Positions 1-13,449 of a stretch of 64,000 bases of DNA are shown here, piece after piece; the first letter of the stretch is position 1, and every line of letters begins with the position of its first letter. The notes beneath the pieces were generated by a model that searched no databases, had not been told where the DNA came from, and saw nothing but the letters and a program-made list of their open reading frames with translations. The stretch is taken from the NCBI GenBank assembly GCA_038087875.1, contig CM075994.1:3412001-3476000 (forward strand), written 5' to 3'. Origin of the DNA: Malacoraja senta. Taxonomy: Eukaryota. A program made the translations under genes and the position numbers.

Positions 1-251
1 ATTCTATTCTGAGAGCAATATGCCCTCAAATGTCTGATTGTGGAATGGCAGGTCCGGAAATGGTCCAATGTTTGCCTATTTATTATTATCTTTGCAAGCA
101 CGATTTCCTTCCTGTTAATTTATTTTACATTTCACGACAAATATTTTCATCAGACAAACTCCCGGAACCGCAGCGAATTTACATTACTAAATTTTGGCAT
201 GATATTTATTTTGGAAATATAATACTGCTTGTTGCAATTGTTTGATTTCAG

Positions 252-287
252 AAATAGAAAAACTTCGAAAAAGTTTACAGGATGCTG
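252..287 (+). CDS. micro-exon 36 nt, (E)IEKLRKSLQDA
   Basis: tttgatttcag|aaatagaaaaacttcgaaaaagtttacaggatgctg|gtgag. Confidence 0.85.
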
Positions 288-369
288 GTGAGCTATCATG
301 TCATGAATACTTTTCATCTTAAGTACTGCCCAATTTTATAACTCTTTCTGCATATATTTATGCAGGTAC

Positions 370-3300
370 TGTGACGCCTTCTTGTGGCCAAGCCACTTGT
401 TCTCGCACCTTCCATTGCCGAGCTGAAACTGGCGCGTGAGCTGGGTGGTGGAGAGATTAGACAAGAATGTGTCGAACGTTAACTTGTGTGCTATCCAACG
501 ACGGCAAGGACTTTGCTTAAATATTTACTGAATGTTCGTGAGTTCCTGGGCTGTAGTTAATAATAAAGATAAAGCTGTGTGCACAAAACTTCGACGTCCA
601 CAATGGTGACCCTGACGATCCAAAACGGTTTATTTTGGATGTTTGCCAAGTATGCAGCCGACAACACAAACCCAGCAAATTGCAGTGTACATAAAACTGC
701 CCGTGTTCTGGACATCACAGCCCCACGTGTGGTTCGAACAGGCTGAAGCCCAGTTCCACATTCGACAAATTAGGGACGACGCGACTAAATATTACTACGT
801 TGTCAAAGCGCTGGAGCAGGACACCGCCGGTCGCCTAATTTATTAGCTTCGCCAGCCACCAGCTGCAGGCATGTACGAGGTCCTCAAAATGCACCTGTTG
901 CGCACTTTTGGTCTCTGCTGCCACAACAGAGCCGCCATACTCCTTCACATGGTTGACACCGGCGCCGCAAGTCAAATGCCCGCCTTGCTGAACGGCCACG
1001 ATCCCTGCCTCCTGTTCGAACAGATTTTCCTCGAACTGATGCGTGATGACATTTGCCTGCTCCTCGCTGACGAGCATTTCACCGACCCCGGCCTGGTGGC
1101 TGCCCGTGCGGACGTGCTGTGGCAGAAACAGCAGGGTGGCGCCACCAACAGTCGAGCGTCGGCGGTGCCACCGCGGGTAAAGCGGCCGGTCGCAGCCTCC
1201 ACCGAAGGCAAAGGCAGTGAGGCGGGACACGAGCGCCGCCGGCAAAGGTACGTGGTGCTACTACCACCAAAGGTGGGGTTCCGAAGGTCACCGATGCCAA
1301 CCACCCTGCGCGCATCCCGGAAACGCCTCATCCGGCCGCCATTAGTGGCTATTGCGGCCTGCCAGAAGCATCGCCTCCTCTGCACATGGAACCGTCATTG
1401 AGGATGGCGTTTTCTCGTAGACACGGGAGCAGAGGTCAGCGTTTTGCCCCATTGGGAGCTAACAATCGTTCCGGTACGAGGGGACCTTCTCTGACCGCCG
1501 TCAACGGCAGCAACATCAGGACGAGTCCGCACGAACCCATTCACTTTCGACTCCAGTCACTTCACCTGGCCTTTCACTATTGCAGACGTCTCCCAACCGC
1601 TGCTGGTCGGCGTGAAGGGCATACGTCTCGTCCATTCTGAGACGTTCGTGTCGATCGCTTTGCGCCAGTCTGACTTGACTGCTCCGCATCTCGGCTCGGT
1701 GACTTCCTCCGATTACGAGTACGCCCGCATCTTGCCTATTTCCCCGACATCCTATCCCCCAGTTCACAACGGCCAGCCCCAAGCATGGGGTAAAGCCATA
1801 TCCCCAACACCAGACCGACACACCATGCACGTGCATGCAGGCTGCCCCCGGCCATGCTCCAACCGGCCAAGGACGAGTTCCGCAGGATGGAGGAAATGTG
1901 CATTGTGCGCCGCACAGACAGGCCTTGGGCATCTCCGTTCCACATGGTCCCCAAAGCATCTGTGGTCTAGAGACGTCACAGCGGCCGACCGGTACCCTGT
2001 CCCTCACATCCAGGAATTCACGGTCCATCTGGCCGGCGCCAAGTTTTTTTTCTTCTAAAATCGACATGGTACGTGGCTACCATAAAAATTCCAGTCTACC
2101 CGGACGGCATCCCCAAAATGGCTATCATCACCTCCTTCGAGCTCTTAATGTTCTACTGGATGCCTTTCGGCCTCAAGAATGCTGCTCAGGCTTTCATATG
2201 GCTTATGGACGGTGGGCCGCGGGCTGGATGTCCTGTTCATTTACTTTGACGACATCGTCGTCGTCAGGCGCTCTCGCCAGGAGCACCGCGCACACCTCCG
2301 GGGGGCTCTGCCAGCGGCTCAGCGAGCATAGCCTGGCCATCAATCTTGCCAAGTGTCAGTTTGACCTCACTTCCATCAGATTCCTCGGCCACCACATGGT
2401 GCGGTCCCGCTCCCGTACAAGGTTGTTCGCCAGTTTCCGGTGAGGGGACTCCAAGCGTTTGTCGGCATGGTGAATTTATATCACCGCTTCGTGCCAACAG
2501 CCGCCAGGACCATGCAAGCGCTGCTCAAAGTCCTGGACAGCAAGCACAGAGACCTCGTTTGGGACGATGCCCCCACGACAGCTTTCAACAACGCCAAAGT
2601 GGATTTTGCAAAGGCGACGATGCTGGTCCATCCACGGGTCAACGTTCCAAACGCTCTCGTGGGTGACACATCTGGCACAGCCATGGGCGAAGTGCTGCAA
2701 CAACTGATTTGTGGAACCTGGCAGCCCTTTGCCTTTTCCAGTGGTCAACTGAGACCTCCCGAGCGCTTTTGACCGGGTGCTCCTTGCGCACTCCCTGTGC
2801 ATCTGGCATTTCTGCAACTTCTTCGAGGGCATGGGTTTCACGGCTTACACCGATCACAAGCCACAAGCCGCTGTACTTTGCTTTTTCGAAGGTGTTTGAT
2901 ACCTGGTCATCCCGGCAGTAGCGTCACTTGACCTACCTCTCTGAGTACACGACTTGCGTTCAGCACATCGTTTGAAAGAGCAACCGGATGGCAGATGCGT
3001 TGTCCCGCACCACCATGAATGCCATCCGCGATTTGGCCCCATGCATCGACTTCAGGGCCCTAGCGACCGCATAGCGAGAAGATGAGGAGATGCTCACATA
3101 ACGTACCGCCATCTCAGGCCTTTTGTTGGAGGATGTGCAATTCTGGCGCGCTGATACCACGCTCTTTTGTGACGTATCTACCGGACAGCCGAGACCCATC
3201 ATCCCCGCAGTTTTACGCCGCCCGATTTTCGACATGGTTCATGGTTTGGCTCACCCTTCCATACGGGCGGCAACAGCTATCGTGGCAGCCAAGTATATGT

Positions 3301-4823
3301 GGCACGGGTTGCGCAAGCAACATGAGCGGAAATCTCTGGGGGACGGGGAGACACGTCCCCTCCATGTTTTGAGAGGTGTGGGACAACCCCACCCCCCCCC
3401 CCCCCCACACCCCCCCCCCCCACCCACAATGTTTGCTAATCCGGATTTTGAAATTCGGTTAAAAAAAGATCCATTAAAAATCTCCGATTTCCGCAAGAGA
3501 GTGGGGGTGGGACTGATGATCGAGGGCGCCGATTGGACGAGAGAGACGTCGGTCAGCACGCAAGGGGTGTGGGACATGATGATTCAGCGCGATGATTGTA
3601 GGAGGAAGGTGTCAGTCAGAGGCGGAAGTAGAGGGTGGGTGCGACTGCGTGAACCGCTGTCAAAAGTCGAATGACCAACATCACCTCAAGGCGCCCTTCC
3701 AGGATTACGCCCTGCCACACCGGCGTTTCGACCATAACCACGGGACCTCTGTCGATACCGTTTGACCTCTGCATCCATCCAGACGTGTCACCCACTGTCT
3801 CACCATCGTGGTCCGATTTAAGAGACGACCGGAAGCCGTCCCGCTCTTGTATACCTCCGCTGCGACGTATGCACGTGCCTTCACTGCCGTCTGGATCGCC
3901 TATTTTGGTGTGCCGGTGGACATCTCTTCCGGCAGAGGTGCGCAGTGCACCTCTGAGTTGTGGTCAGCAGTGTTCCGGCTGCTTGACCCTCAGCTGCACT
4001 ACACTACGGCCTACCACCCGCAAGTCAACGGCCGAATAGAACGTTTTCACCGTAACCCGAGGCCATATTTAAAGGCACAGTTCACGAGCCCGGACTGGGT
4101 GGACGAATTGCCGTGGGTCATGCTGGGCATACGCACTGCCCCGAAGGAGGACCTGGCAACTTCCTCGGCCGAACTGATGTTCAGCGCTCTGGTAAAGGTC
4201 CACGGGGTTTACATCCCGGAGGCAGATGGACATCAGAAACCACGCACGACCATCCTGACGCGCCTCGAGGGATAGGTGTGCACGCTCTCTCCCGTCCCGA
4301 CGTCCTGCCACGGACTTACCCTCACGCACGTCCCACCCGCCCTCACAGACTGTCAGTAGGTGTTCCTTCGCCGCGATTCTTACCGTACGCCACTGCAAAT
4401 GTCATTCGAGGGACTGGCATCTCGTCTTTTGTAATCAACATGGGCGGAAGGCACGAAACTGTTTCTATGGACAGTCTTAAGTCGGCACATTTGGGCATGG
4501 ATGCGCCAGTGCAGGTTGCACATCCCCGCCGTAGAGGGCGCCCACAGTTTCGACCGCATCTGCCCTTAACTCTGCCGTTTGTGACCCCGAGCACGGGGAG
4601 GTGTATAGGAGATCAGGTCGCCTCGTTCGTGGACCTACTCGCCTCCATTACTCCGGTTCTGTGTGTGTGGGGGGGGGGTGTTATGTGGCGCCATCTTGTG
4701 GCCAAGCCACTTGTTCTAGGATCATCCATCGTCGACCTGAAACTTTCGCCTGAGCTGGGTGGTGGGGAGATTAGAGAATAAGGAGTCGAAGGTTAACTGT
4801 TGTGCTATCGAACGACGGCAAGG
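370..4823 (+). mobile_element. Degenerate Ty3/Gypsy LTR retrotransposon
   Basis: 5' LTR TGT..CA 370-602; tRNA-Trp-like PBS TGGTGACCCTGACG at 604; gag KLPVFWTSQPHVWFEQAEAQF; protease FLVDTGAEVSVLP near 1409; RT DRYPVPHI and YFDD; integrase TTAYHPQVNGRIERFHR; G-run PPT then truncated 3' LTR from 4684; many stops and frameshifts. Confidence 0.92.
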
Positions 4824-5646
4824 TATATATGTTTTTTCCAGTCAACTGTGAGCACTACCGGCTACAGTGATTCTTGAAAGATCACTAATATTTCCTTCAT
4901 AATCTGTAAAACAACCTCTTTCAGAGCACTGGGATGTAATCCATCTGGTCTAGGTGCAGGGTCGGATCTAGATGAAGAGAGGCCCTAAGTTGTTCCACTT
5001 GTGAGGCCCCTACGAATCCCCCAACCCACGACTAGAGGAAGATGGTCCACCAGATTGACACCGATTTGCAGCCGAGCGTGGCCAATGAGATAAGGGGCTG
5101 GAAAGCTGCGTTTTTAGTTTATATATTGTAAGTGCTAGTGTCGAGTTATTGGCTTAAAACACTATTATTCTGAAATGGAGGGAAAGTAAAATTACTGAAG
5201 GGTTATTTAGAGACTACAGTGCGTTGTGACAGCATATGTAAGAAATGACTATGACAGTGTCAAAAATATTATACATCTTGAAACAGGACTCTCACTTTTT
5301 TTTTCTCTGATGTCATCCGGGCAACCTTGGCACCTTTTTAGTTGCCAAATGACATAGGTGGTCATTTAAGACGGCTTGCATGACGCGTGTGATAATATGC
5401 TCGGACGAAGTGCGTAGTTACCAGTCGGAATTATGGTCAATGAAGCATTCACATATTATTTCTGCTTCAAATAAAGTCACAAACTAAACATATTCACCGA
5501 TCAAGACATGATATATACCACAATGACATGCAGCAAAATTATAATACAGTATCTCAACTCTTTTTACACGTTGCAATTAATGCAATTTCTATTATTTCTT
5601 TCCACTTCCAAAGAAAAATGTGGTTGGATTATTCAGCCTGTGATCA

Positions 5647-6390
5647 ACCTCGGTGAGACCAAGCGCAGGCTTGGCAATCGCTTCGCACAACATCTGCACC
5701 CAGTTTGCAATAACCAACCTGATCCCCCGGTGGCTCAACACTTCAACTCTCCTTCCCATTACGAATCCGACCTTTCTGTCCTGGGCCTCCTCCATGGCCA
5801 GAGTGAGGCCCACCGCAAATTGGAGGAACAGCACCTCATATTTACTTGGGTAGTTTACACCCCGGCGGTGTGAACATTGGCAGCTCTAATTTCAGGTAGT
5901 CCTTGCTTTCTCCCTCCTTTCCCTCCCATTCCCAGCTCTCCTACAGCCTACTGTCTCCGCCTCTTCCTTTCTTTTTCGTGTCGCCCTCTACGACATCAAT
6001 CTGAAGAAAGGTCTCGTCCCGAAACGTCGTCTATTCCTTCGCTCCATAGAAGCTGCCTTACCCGCTGATTTTTACCAGCTTTTTTGTCTACCAATGTGAT
6101 CCCACCACTAGCCACATCATCACATCTCCTCCCTGTTGGCTTTCCCCAGAGACCGCTCCCTCCGTAACTCCCTGCTCACTTCGTCCCTTCCCATCCAAAC
6201 CACCGCCTCTCCAGGCACTTTTCCTTGCAACCGCTTGTCGCTTTTACCTCCCCCCTTGACTCCATTCAAGGACCAAAGCAGTCTTTCCAGGTGCGGCAGA
6301 GGTTCACCTGCACCTCCTCCTACCTCATCTATTGCATCCACTGCTCTAGGTGTCAGCTGCTCTGCATCGGTGAGACAAAGCGTAGGTTTG
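5647..6390 (+). mobile_element. Penelope-like element fragments (GIY-YIG end plus pLTR; resumes at 9999-10030)
   Basis: GETKRRLGNRFAQHL..PVAQHFNSPSH; hammerhead-like CTGAAGA..GAAAC near 6001-6025. Confidence 0.85.
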
Positions 6391-9300
6391 ATACATAGAT
6401 ACATAGATACATAGAAAATAGGTGCAGGAGTAGGCCATTCGGCCCTTCGAGCCTGTACCGCCATTCAATATGATCATGGCTGATCATCCAACTCAGTATC
6501 CCGTACCTGCTTTCTCTCCATACCCCCTGATCCCTTTAGCCACAAGGGCCACATCTAACTCCCTCTTAAATATAGCCAATGAACTGGCCTCAACTACCCT
6601 CTGTGGCAGAGAGTTCCAGAGATTCACCACTCTCTGTGTGAAAAAGTTTTTCCTCATCTCGGTCTTAAAGGATTTCCCCCTTATCCTTAAGCTGTGACCC
6701 CTTGTCATGGACTTCCCCAACATCGGGAACAATCTTCCTGCATCTAGCCTGTCTAACCCCATATGAATTTTGTACGTTTCTATAAGATCCCCTCTCAATC
6801 TCCTAAATTCTAGCGAGTATAAGCCAAGTCTATCCAGTCTTTCTTCATATGAAAGTCCTGACATCCCAGGAATCAGTCTGGTGAACCTTCTCTGCACTCC
6901 CTCAATGGCTATAATGTCCTTCCTCAGATTTGGAGACCAAAACTGTACGCAATACTCCAGGTGTGGTCTCACCAAGACCCTGTACAACTGCAGTAGAACC
7001 TCCCTGCTCCTATACTCAAATCCTCTTGCTATGAAGGCCAACATACCATTCGCTTTCTTCACTGCCTGCTGCACCTGCATGCCTACTTTCAATGACTGGT
7101 GTACCATGACACCCAGGTCTCGCTGCACCTCCCCATTTCCTAATCGGCCACCATTTAGACAATAGTCTGCCTTCCCGTTTTTGCCACCAAAGTGGATAAC
7201 CTCACATTTATCCACATTATACTGCATCTGCCAAACATTTGCCCACTCACCCAGCCTATCCAAGTCACCTTGCAGTCTCCTAGCATCCTCCTCACAGCTA
7301 ACACTGCCCCCCAGCTTAGTGTCATCCGCAAACTTGGAGATGTTGCTTTCAATTCCCTCGTCCAGATCATTAATATAAATTGTAAATAGCTGGGGTCCCA
7401 GCACTGAGCCTTGCGGTACCCCACTAGTCACTGCCTGCCATTGTGAAAAGGACCCGTTTACTCCTACTCTTTGCTTCCTGTTTACCAGCCAGTTCTCTAT
7501 CCAATACCGTGTGATTTAAGTTTGTATCCTAATCTCTTATGTGGTACCTTGTCGAAAGCCTTCTGAAAGTCCAGATACAACACATCCACTGGTTCTCCCC
7601 TATCCACTCTACTAGTTACATCCTCGAAAAATTCTGTAAGATTCGTCAGACACGATTTACCGTTCGTAAATCCATGCTGACTTTGTCCAATGATTTCACC
7701 ACTTTCCAAATGTGCTGTTATCCCATCTTTAATAACTGACTCTAGCAGTTTCCCCACTACCGATGTTAGACTAACTGGTCTGTAATTCCCCGTTTTCTCT
7801 CTCCCTTCTTAAAAAGTGAGGTTACGTTTGCTACCCTCCAATCCTCAGGAACTACGCCAGAATCTAAAGAATTTTGAAAAATTATCACTAATGCATCTAC
7901 TATATCTGGAGCTACTTCCTTAAGTACTCTGGGATGCAGCCTATCTGGCCCTGGTGATTTATCGGCCTTTAATCCATTCAATTTACCCAACACCACTTCC
8001 CGACTAACCTGGATTTCACTCAGTTCCTCCATTTCCTTTGACCCGCGGCGCCCTGCTATTTCCGGCAGATTATTTATGTCTTCCTTAGTGAAGACGGAAC
8101 CAAAGTAGATATTCAATTGGTCCGCCATATCCTTGTTCCCCATGATCAATTCACCTGTTTCTGACTGCAAGGGACCTACATTTGTTTTAACTAATCTCTT
8201 TCTCTTCACATATCTATAAAAACTTTTGCAGTCAGTTTTTATGTTCCCTGCCAGTTTCCTTTCATAATTTATTTTCCCTTTCCTAATTAAGCCCTTTGTC
8301 CTCCTCTGCTGGTCTCTGAATTTCTCCCAGTCCTCTGGTATGCTGCTTTTTCTGGCTAATTTGTACGCAACATCTTTTGCTTTGATACTATCCCTGAGTT
8401 CCCTTGTTATCCACGGATGCACTACCTTCCCTGATTTATTCTTTTGCCAAACTGGGATGAACATTTTTTGTAGTTCATCCATGCAGTCTTTAAATGCCTT
8501 CCATTGCATATCCACCGTCAACCCTTTTAGAACTAATTGCCAGTCAATCTTGGCCAATTCACGTCTCATACCCTCAAAGTTACCTTTCTTTAAGTTCAGA
8601 ACCGTTGTTTCTGAATTAACAATGTCACTCTCCATCCTAATGAAGAACTCAACCATATTATGGTCACTCTTGCCCAAGGGGGCACGCACAACAAGTCTGC
8701 TAACTAACCCTTCCTCATTACTCAATACCCAGTCTAGAATAGCCTGCTCTCTCGTTGGTTCCTCTATATGTTGGTTTAGATAACTATCCCTCATACATTC
8801 CAAGTAATCCTCTTCCTCAGCACCCCTGCCAATTTGATTCACCCAATCTATATGTAGATTGAAGTCACCCATTATAACTGTTTTGCCTTTGTTGCACGCA
8901 TTTCTAATTTCCTGTTTGATGCCATCCCCAACTTCACTACTACTGCTAGGTGGCCTGTACACAACACCCACCAGCGTTTTCTGCCCCTTAGTGTTTCGTA
9001 GCTCCACCCATACCGATTCCACATCCTCCAAGCTAATGTCCTTCCTTTGAACTGCGTTAATCTCCTCTCTAACCAGCAACGCTACCCCACCTCCTTTACC
9101 TTTCTCTCTATCCCTCCTGAATATTGAATATCCCTGGATGTTCAGCTCCCAGCCTTGGTCACCCTGGAGCCATGTCTCCGTGATCCCAACTATATCATAA
9201 TCATTAATTGCTATCTGCACGTTCAACTCATCGACCTTATTACGAATGCTCCTTGCATTGAGACACAAAGCCTTCAGGCTTGTTTTTACAACGCTCTTAC

Positions 9301-9998
9301 CCCTTATACAATTATGTTGGAAAGTGGCTCTTTTTGATTTTTGCCCTGGATTTGTCTGCCTGCCACTTTTACTTTTCACCTTGCTACCTATTGCTTCCGC
9401 CCGCATTTTGCACCCCTCTGTTTCTCTGCTCACCCATTTAAGAACCCCACCACCTCTTATACTCTGTTTATTATTGTTTTCTTCTTTCCCCCTACATGTT
9501 GGGTCTGAGTGCTTTCCTTCTCTGCCTCCTGCCTCACACACTGTCTAATAGCATTCTCTATTTGAGTCCCTCCCCCCAACCATTCTAGTTTAAAGTCTCC
9601 CCAGTAGCCTTTGCACATCTCCCCGCCAGGATATCGGTCCCCTTCAGGTTCAAGTGCAACCCATCCTTTTTGTACAGGTCGAACCTTCCACAAAAGAGGT
9701 CCCAATGATCCAGAAATTTGAATCCCTGCCTTCTGCACCAGTCCTTCAGCCACGCATTTATCCTCCACCTCGCTCCATTCCTACTCTCACTGTCGCGTGG
9801 CACAGGCAGTAATCCCGAGATTGTTACCTTTGCTGTCCTTCTCTTTAACTCCCCTCCTAACTCCCTAAATTCTCCTTTCAGGACCTCTTCTCTTTTTTTA
9901 CCTATGTCATTGGTACCTATATGTATCACGACTTCGGGCTCCTCTCCCTGCCCTTTCAGGATGTCTTGGACACGTTGAGACACATCACAGACCCTGGC
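6391..9998 (-). mobile_element. Young 5'-truncated CR1 LINE (partial esterase ORF1; ORF2 with small deletions near 7502 and 7800)
   Basis: APE motifs NARSIRNK, GDFN, SDH; RT DFQKAFDKV, GVPQGSVLGP, FADD; (TCTATGTA)n tail. Confidence 0.97.
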
Positions 9999-11484
9999 TT
10001 CGCCCAACACCTCCGCTCGGTCCGCCACCTCCAGTTTAAATTTCATTTAGTATATTTATGGAGGACCAGGAAACCAGAAGCAAGTGTTACTCCAGGGAGT
10101 TACTCCAGATCCAGGGTCAGGGAGTGATTCTGCGTTGGTTTTCAGCGATCGCGGCGAGGCGGCGACCCGACGCCAATGGCGGCCATGGCAGTGCGCATGC
10201 GCAGGGCGGCCGATGATGCGCTGGCCGTGGTTGTGCGCAGGTGCAGGGGTAGGATGCGCTGGCCGTAGCAGTGCGCATGTGAAAGGCGGCCTGCCTTGCC
10301 GGCGGATGAGAAGCGAGCGGTGAGCGGAGACCCGGCGGCCCGGACACGGATACGGATGGCGTGCGGAGACGGAGAGTTGAAAGACAGAGAGATGGACAGG
10401 GGGACCGGCCCAGAGTTGAACGGCAAGTGTCCTGCCTTGGCCGCAGGCCGCCTAGATTTCGAGGCCCTAGGCTTCTGCCTATGAAGCCTAGTGGTAAATC
10501 CGGCTCTGTGAGACCCCCCTAGATATTGAGGCCCTAAGCTTAAGCTTGTCAAGCTTATACGTAAATCCGGCCCTGTCTAGGTGACTTATATAACTTAAAA
10601 TATTTCAGCTGAACAAGCATCTTCTCCGTAGTGATAGCGACTCCGGTAACTTCTTCCCCCTGATATTATTGGATCTCAGTTACGTTGCTGGTAGCTTCCG
10701 CTGTGTACTAGCGGCCCCTACACCGACCCCTGTGAAAAGAACATATTAATTAATTTGTCATTTCTTTATTCATCATTGTTACTACCCCAGCGTAATTTTC
10801 CAGCGATTCAATGTCCACTCCAGCCGCTCTTATAATCTTTAAATATCCGAAGAAACATTTGCTATCCTCTTTTACATTATTGGCTACAAGGATTTCATTT
10901 TTTTCATATTTAATCTTTCCTTCCCTTATTTGCATCTTAGTAACCGTCTGCTGGTTTCTAAAGGCTTCCCAGTCCTTTAGCTTCCCACTATTATTGCCAA
11001 TATTGTATGCATTGTCTCTTAGTTTTATGCTGCCTTTGGCTTTCTTTGGCAGCCACTGTCGTCTCATTCTCCCCTTGTCATCTTTCTTCCTCTTTGGGAT
11101 GACAAGACCCGGCGTCTTCCCCACACTCTTAGCATTGCCGCTCCACCGTCATTCCTGATGGGGGCCCTTTACAATTAACTTTGACCAGCCATTCCTACAT
11201 GCTTGTATATTTACCTTTACTCATTATTACATTACATATGATTTATTACAGATACATATGATTTCATCTTCTCCCTCTAAAACTGTGTTGAAGTCAAATA
11301 AAGTTGAATTCTGCCATACTATGGTCACTGCCTCCGAGGGGTTCATTTTCCTTAAGCTCCGTATCAAATCCGGTTCGTTACACAACACCAAATCTAGAAT
11401 TGCTTTTCCTCGCGTGTGGTCGACTACAAGCTGCTGTTAGAAGCCATATCGTAGGCACTTTAGAAATTCCTCTCTTGGGATAGA

Positions 11485-12250
11485 AGCATAGAAACATTGA
11501 AAATAGGTGCAAGAGTAGGCTATTCGGCTCTACGAGCCACACCGCCATTCAATATGATCATGGCTGATCATCCAACTCAGTATCCTGTACCTGCCTTCTC
11601 TCGATACCCCCTGATCCCTTTAGCCACAAGGGCCACATCTAACTCCCTCTTAAATATAGCCAATGAACTGGCCTCAACTACCCTCTGTAGCAGAGAATTC
11701 CACAGATTCACCACTCTCTGCGTGAAAAAATGATTTTCTCATCTCGGTCCTAAAAGACTTCTCCCTTATCCTTAAACTGTGACCCCTTGTTTTGGACTTC
11801 CCCAACATCGGGAACAATCTTCCTGCATCTAGCCTATCCAACCCCTTAAGAATTTTGTAAGTTTCTATAAGATCCCCCCTCAAACTTCTAAATTCTAGCG
11901 AGTACAAGCCAAGTCTATCCAGTCTTTCTTCATATGAAAGTCCTGACATCCCAAGAATCAGTCTGGTGAACCTTCTCTGTACTCCCTCTAAGGCAAGAAT
12001 GTCGTTCCTCAGATTAGGAGACAGATGCAGTAGAACCTCCCTGCTCTTATACTCAAATCCTTTTGCTATAATGCTAACATACCATTCGCTTTCTTCACTG
12101 CCTGTTGCACCTGCATGCCTACTTTCAATGACTGGTGTACCATGACACCCAGATCTCGTTGCATCTCCCCTTTTCCTAATCGGCCACCATTCAGATAATA
12201 GTCTACTTTCCTGTTTTGCCACCAAAGTGGATAACCTCACATTTATCCAA
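11485..12250 (-). mobile_element. CR1 3' fragment
   Basis: LEGVQRRFTRLI..GLSYEERLDRLGLYSLE and CR1 3' UTR. Confidence 0.92.
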
Positions 12251-12402
12251 GTACCACTAAAGATTACATTGATCCAGTACCACCCTAACTTTCCAAGTCT
12301 ACTTGCATACTCAAAGCCCCATGAACAGTATGACATTGTCTTACTTACAGGAGAATATATCTCCTGATGTAATCTGTACCCTGCATTCTGGCTACTGTTT
12401 GG

Positions 12403-12759
12403 AGGCTTGTATATAACCACCTTATACATTGTACATAATCGTCTTTTTCCCCTGAGGTTTGACTTAATCCGAACGGTTTCGTGCAAATTCCTTTAAAATT
12501 ACTACCGAACAATCGTCTCATCAGTGTCCATGTTCTGCCAGGGGCTGAACAATAATAATAAGGCTTGTATATAAGGCTTATTATTATAATATATTACTAC
12601 AATATAAGGCTTGTATATAACCACCTTATACATTGTACATAATCGTCTTTTTCCCCTGAGGTTTGACTTAATCCGAACGGTTTCGTGCAAATTCCTTTAA
12701 AATTACTACCGAACAATCGTCTCATCAGTGTCCATGTTCTGCCAGGGGCTGAACAATAA
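12403..12759. repeat. 153-bp direct duplication with 51-bp AT-rich filler
   Basis: 12403-12555 matches 12607-12759. Confidence 0.9.
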
Positions 12760-13027
12760 ACAGCTATGCACAATGCACACATTACATTCATCCATTAGAC
12801 TTAAACCCGTGTCGTGATAATTCAACATTTTGTAACATTTCGTTTGAGTGCCCCAGCTGCTACTGTTTTAGAGCACACCGGAAGCAACGCGCCAGGGTCA
12901 ATTCTGCATTTTCTTTCAATTCCTGAGGTTTATGTTTTCATGCGTTATCAATAATTATTAATGTTAATGTTAAACGCCTAAGTGCATGTAAACTCAAGAT
13001 TTACCAAAGTACAATACTCCATTGCAG

Positions 13028-13054
13028 AAAGCGTCTTGCAAAAAAAAGATCAAG
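13028..13054 (+). CDS. micro-exon 27 nt, ESVLQKKDQ
   Basis: ctccattgcag|aaagcgtcttgcaaaaaaaagatcaag|gtgaa. Confidence 0.85.
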
Positions 13055-13331
13055 GTGAACGTGACGACATTTCTATATTCTGTTCTGAGAGCAATATTAA
13101 ATGACTTCAAATGTTTGATTGTGGAATTGCAGGTCCGGAAATGGGTCAATGTTTGCCCATTTATTATTAATCTCTGTAAACGCGATTTCCTTCCTGTTCA
13201 TTTGTTTTACATTTCACAACAAATCATTTCATCAGAGAAAACTCCGAAATCGCAGCGAATTTAGATGACTAAACGTTGCCATGATATTCTTTAGCAATAA
13301 AATACTGCTTGTTGCAACTGTTTGTTTTCAG

Positions 13332-13367
13332 AAATAGAAAAACTGCGAAAAAGTTTACAGGATGCTG
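13332..13367 (+). CDS. micro-exon 36 nt, EIEKLRKSLQDA (paralog of 252-287)
   Basis: tttgttttcag|aaatagaaaaactgcgaaaaagtttacaggatgctg|gtgag; differs from 252-287 by one synonymous change (CTT/CTG). Confidence 0.87.
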
Positions 13368-13449
13368 GTGAGCTATCATGTCATGAATACTTTTCTTCTT
13401 AAGTACTGCCCAATTTTATAACTCTTTCTGCAAATATTCATGCAGCTAC

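Larger units (their letters stand above)
4957..10575. mobile_element. Non-autonomous hAT-type DNA transposon carrying nested Penelope and CR1 insertions
   Basis: TIRs CAGGGTCGGATCTA and TAAATCCGGCCCTG; perfect 8-bp TSD TCTAGGTG at 4949-4956 and 10576-10583. Confidence 0.85.
4850..12430 (-). mobile_element. Old CR1 LINE ORF2 remnant in pieces (about 4850-4956, 10576-11480, 12250-12430)
   Basis: Minus-strand decayed peptides such as NVKEDSKCFFGYLK and VIYKPPNSS; sequence continuous across the hAT TSD. Confidence 0.7.

Noticed and set aside
30..245. Short similar ORFs at 30-245 and 13022-13264
   Set aside because: Similarity comes from duplicated intron; only the 27-nt exon at 13028 is supported
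3321..3630. Poly-C/Pro-rich stretch in Gypsy integrase
   Set aside because: Probably a separate small insertion; no termini or TSD could be defined
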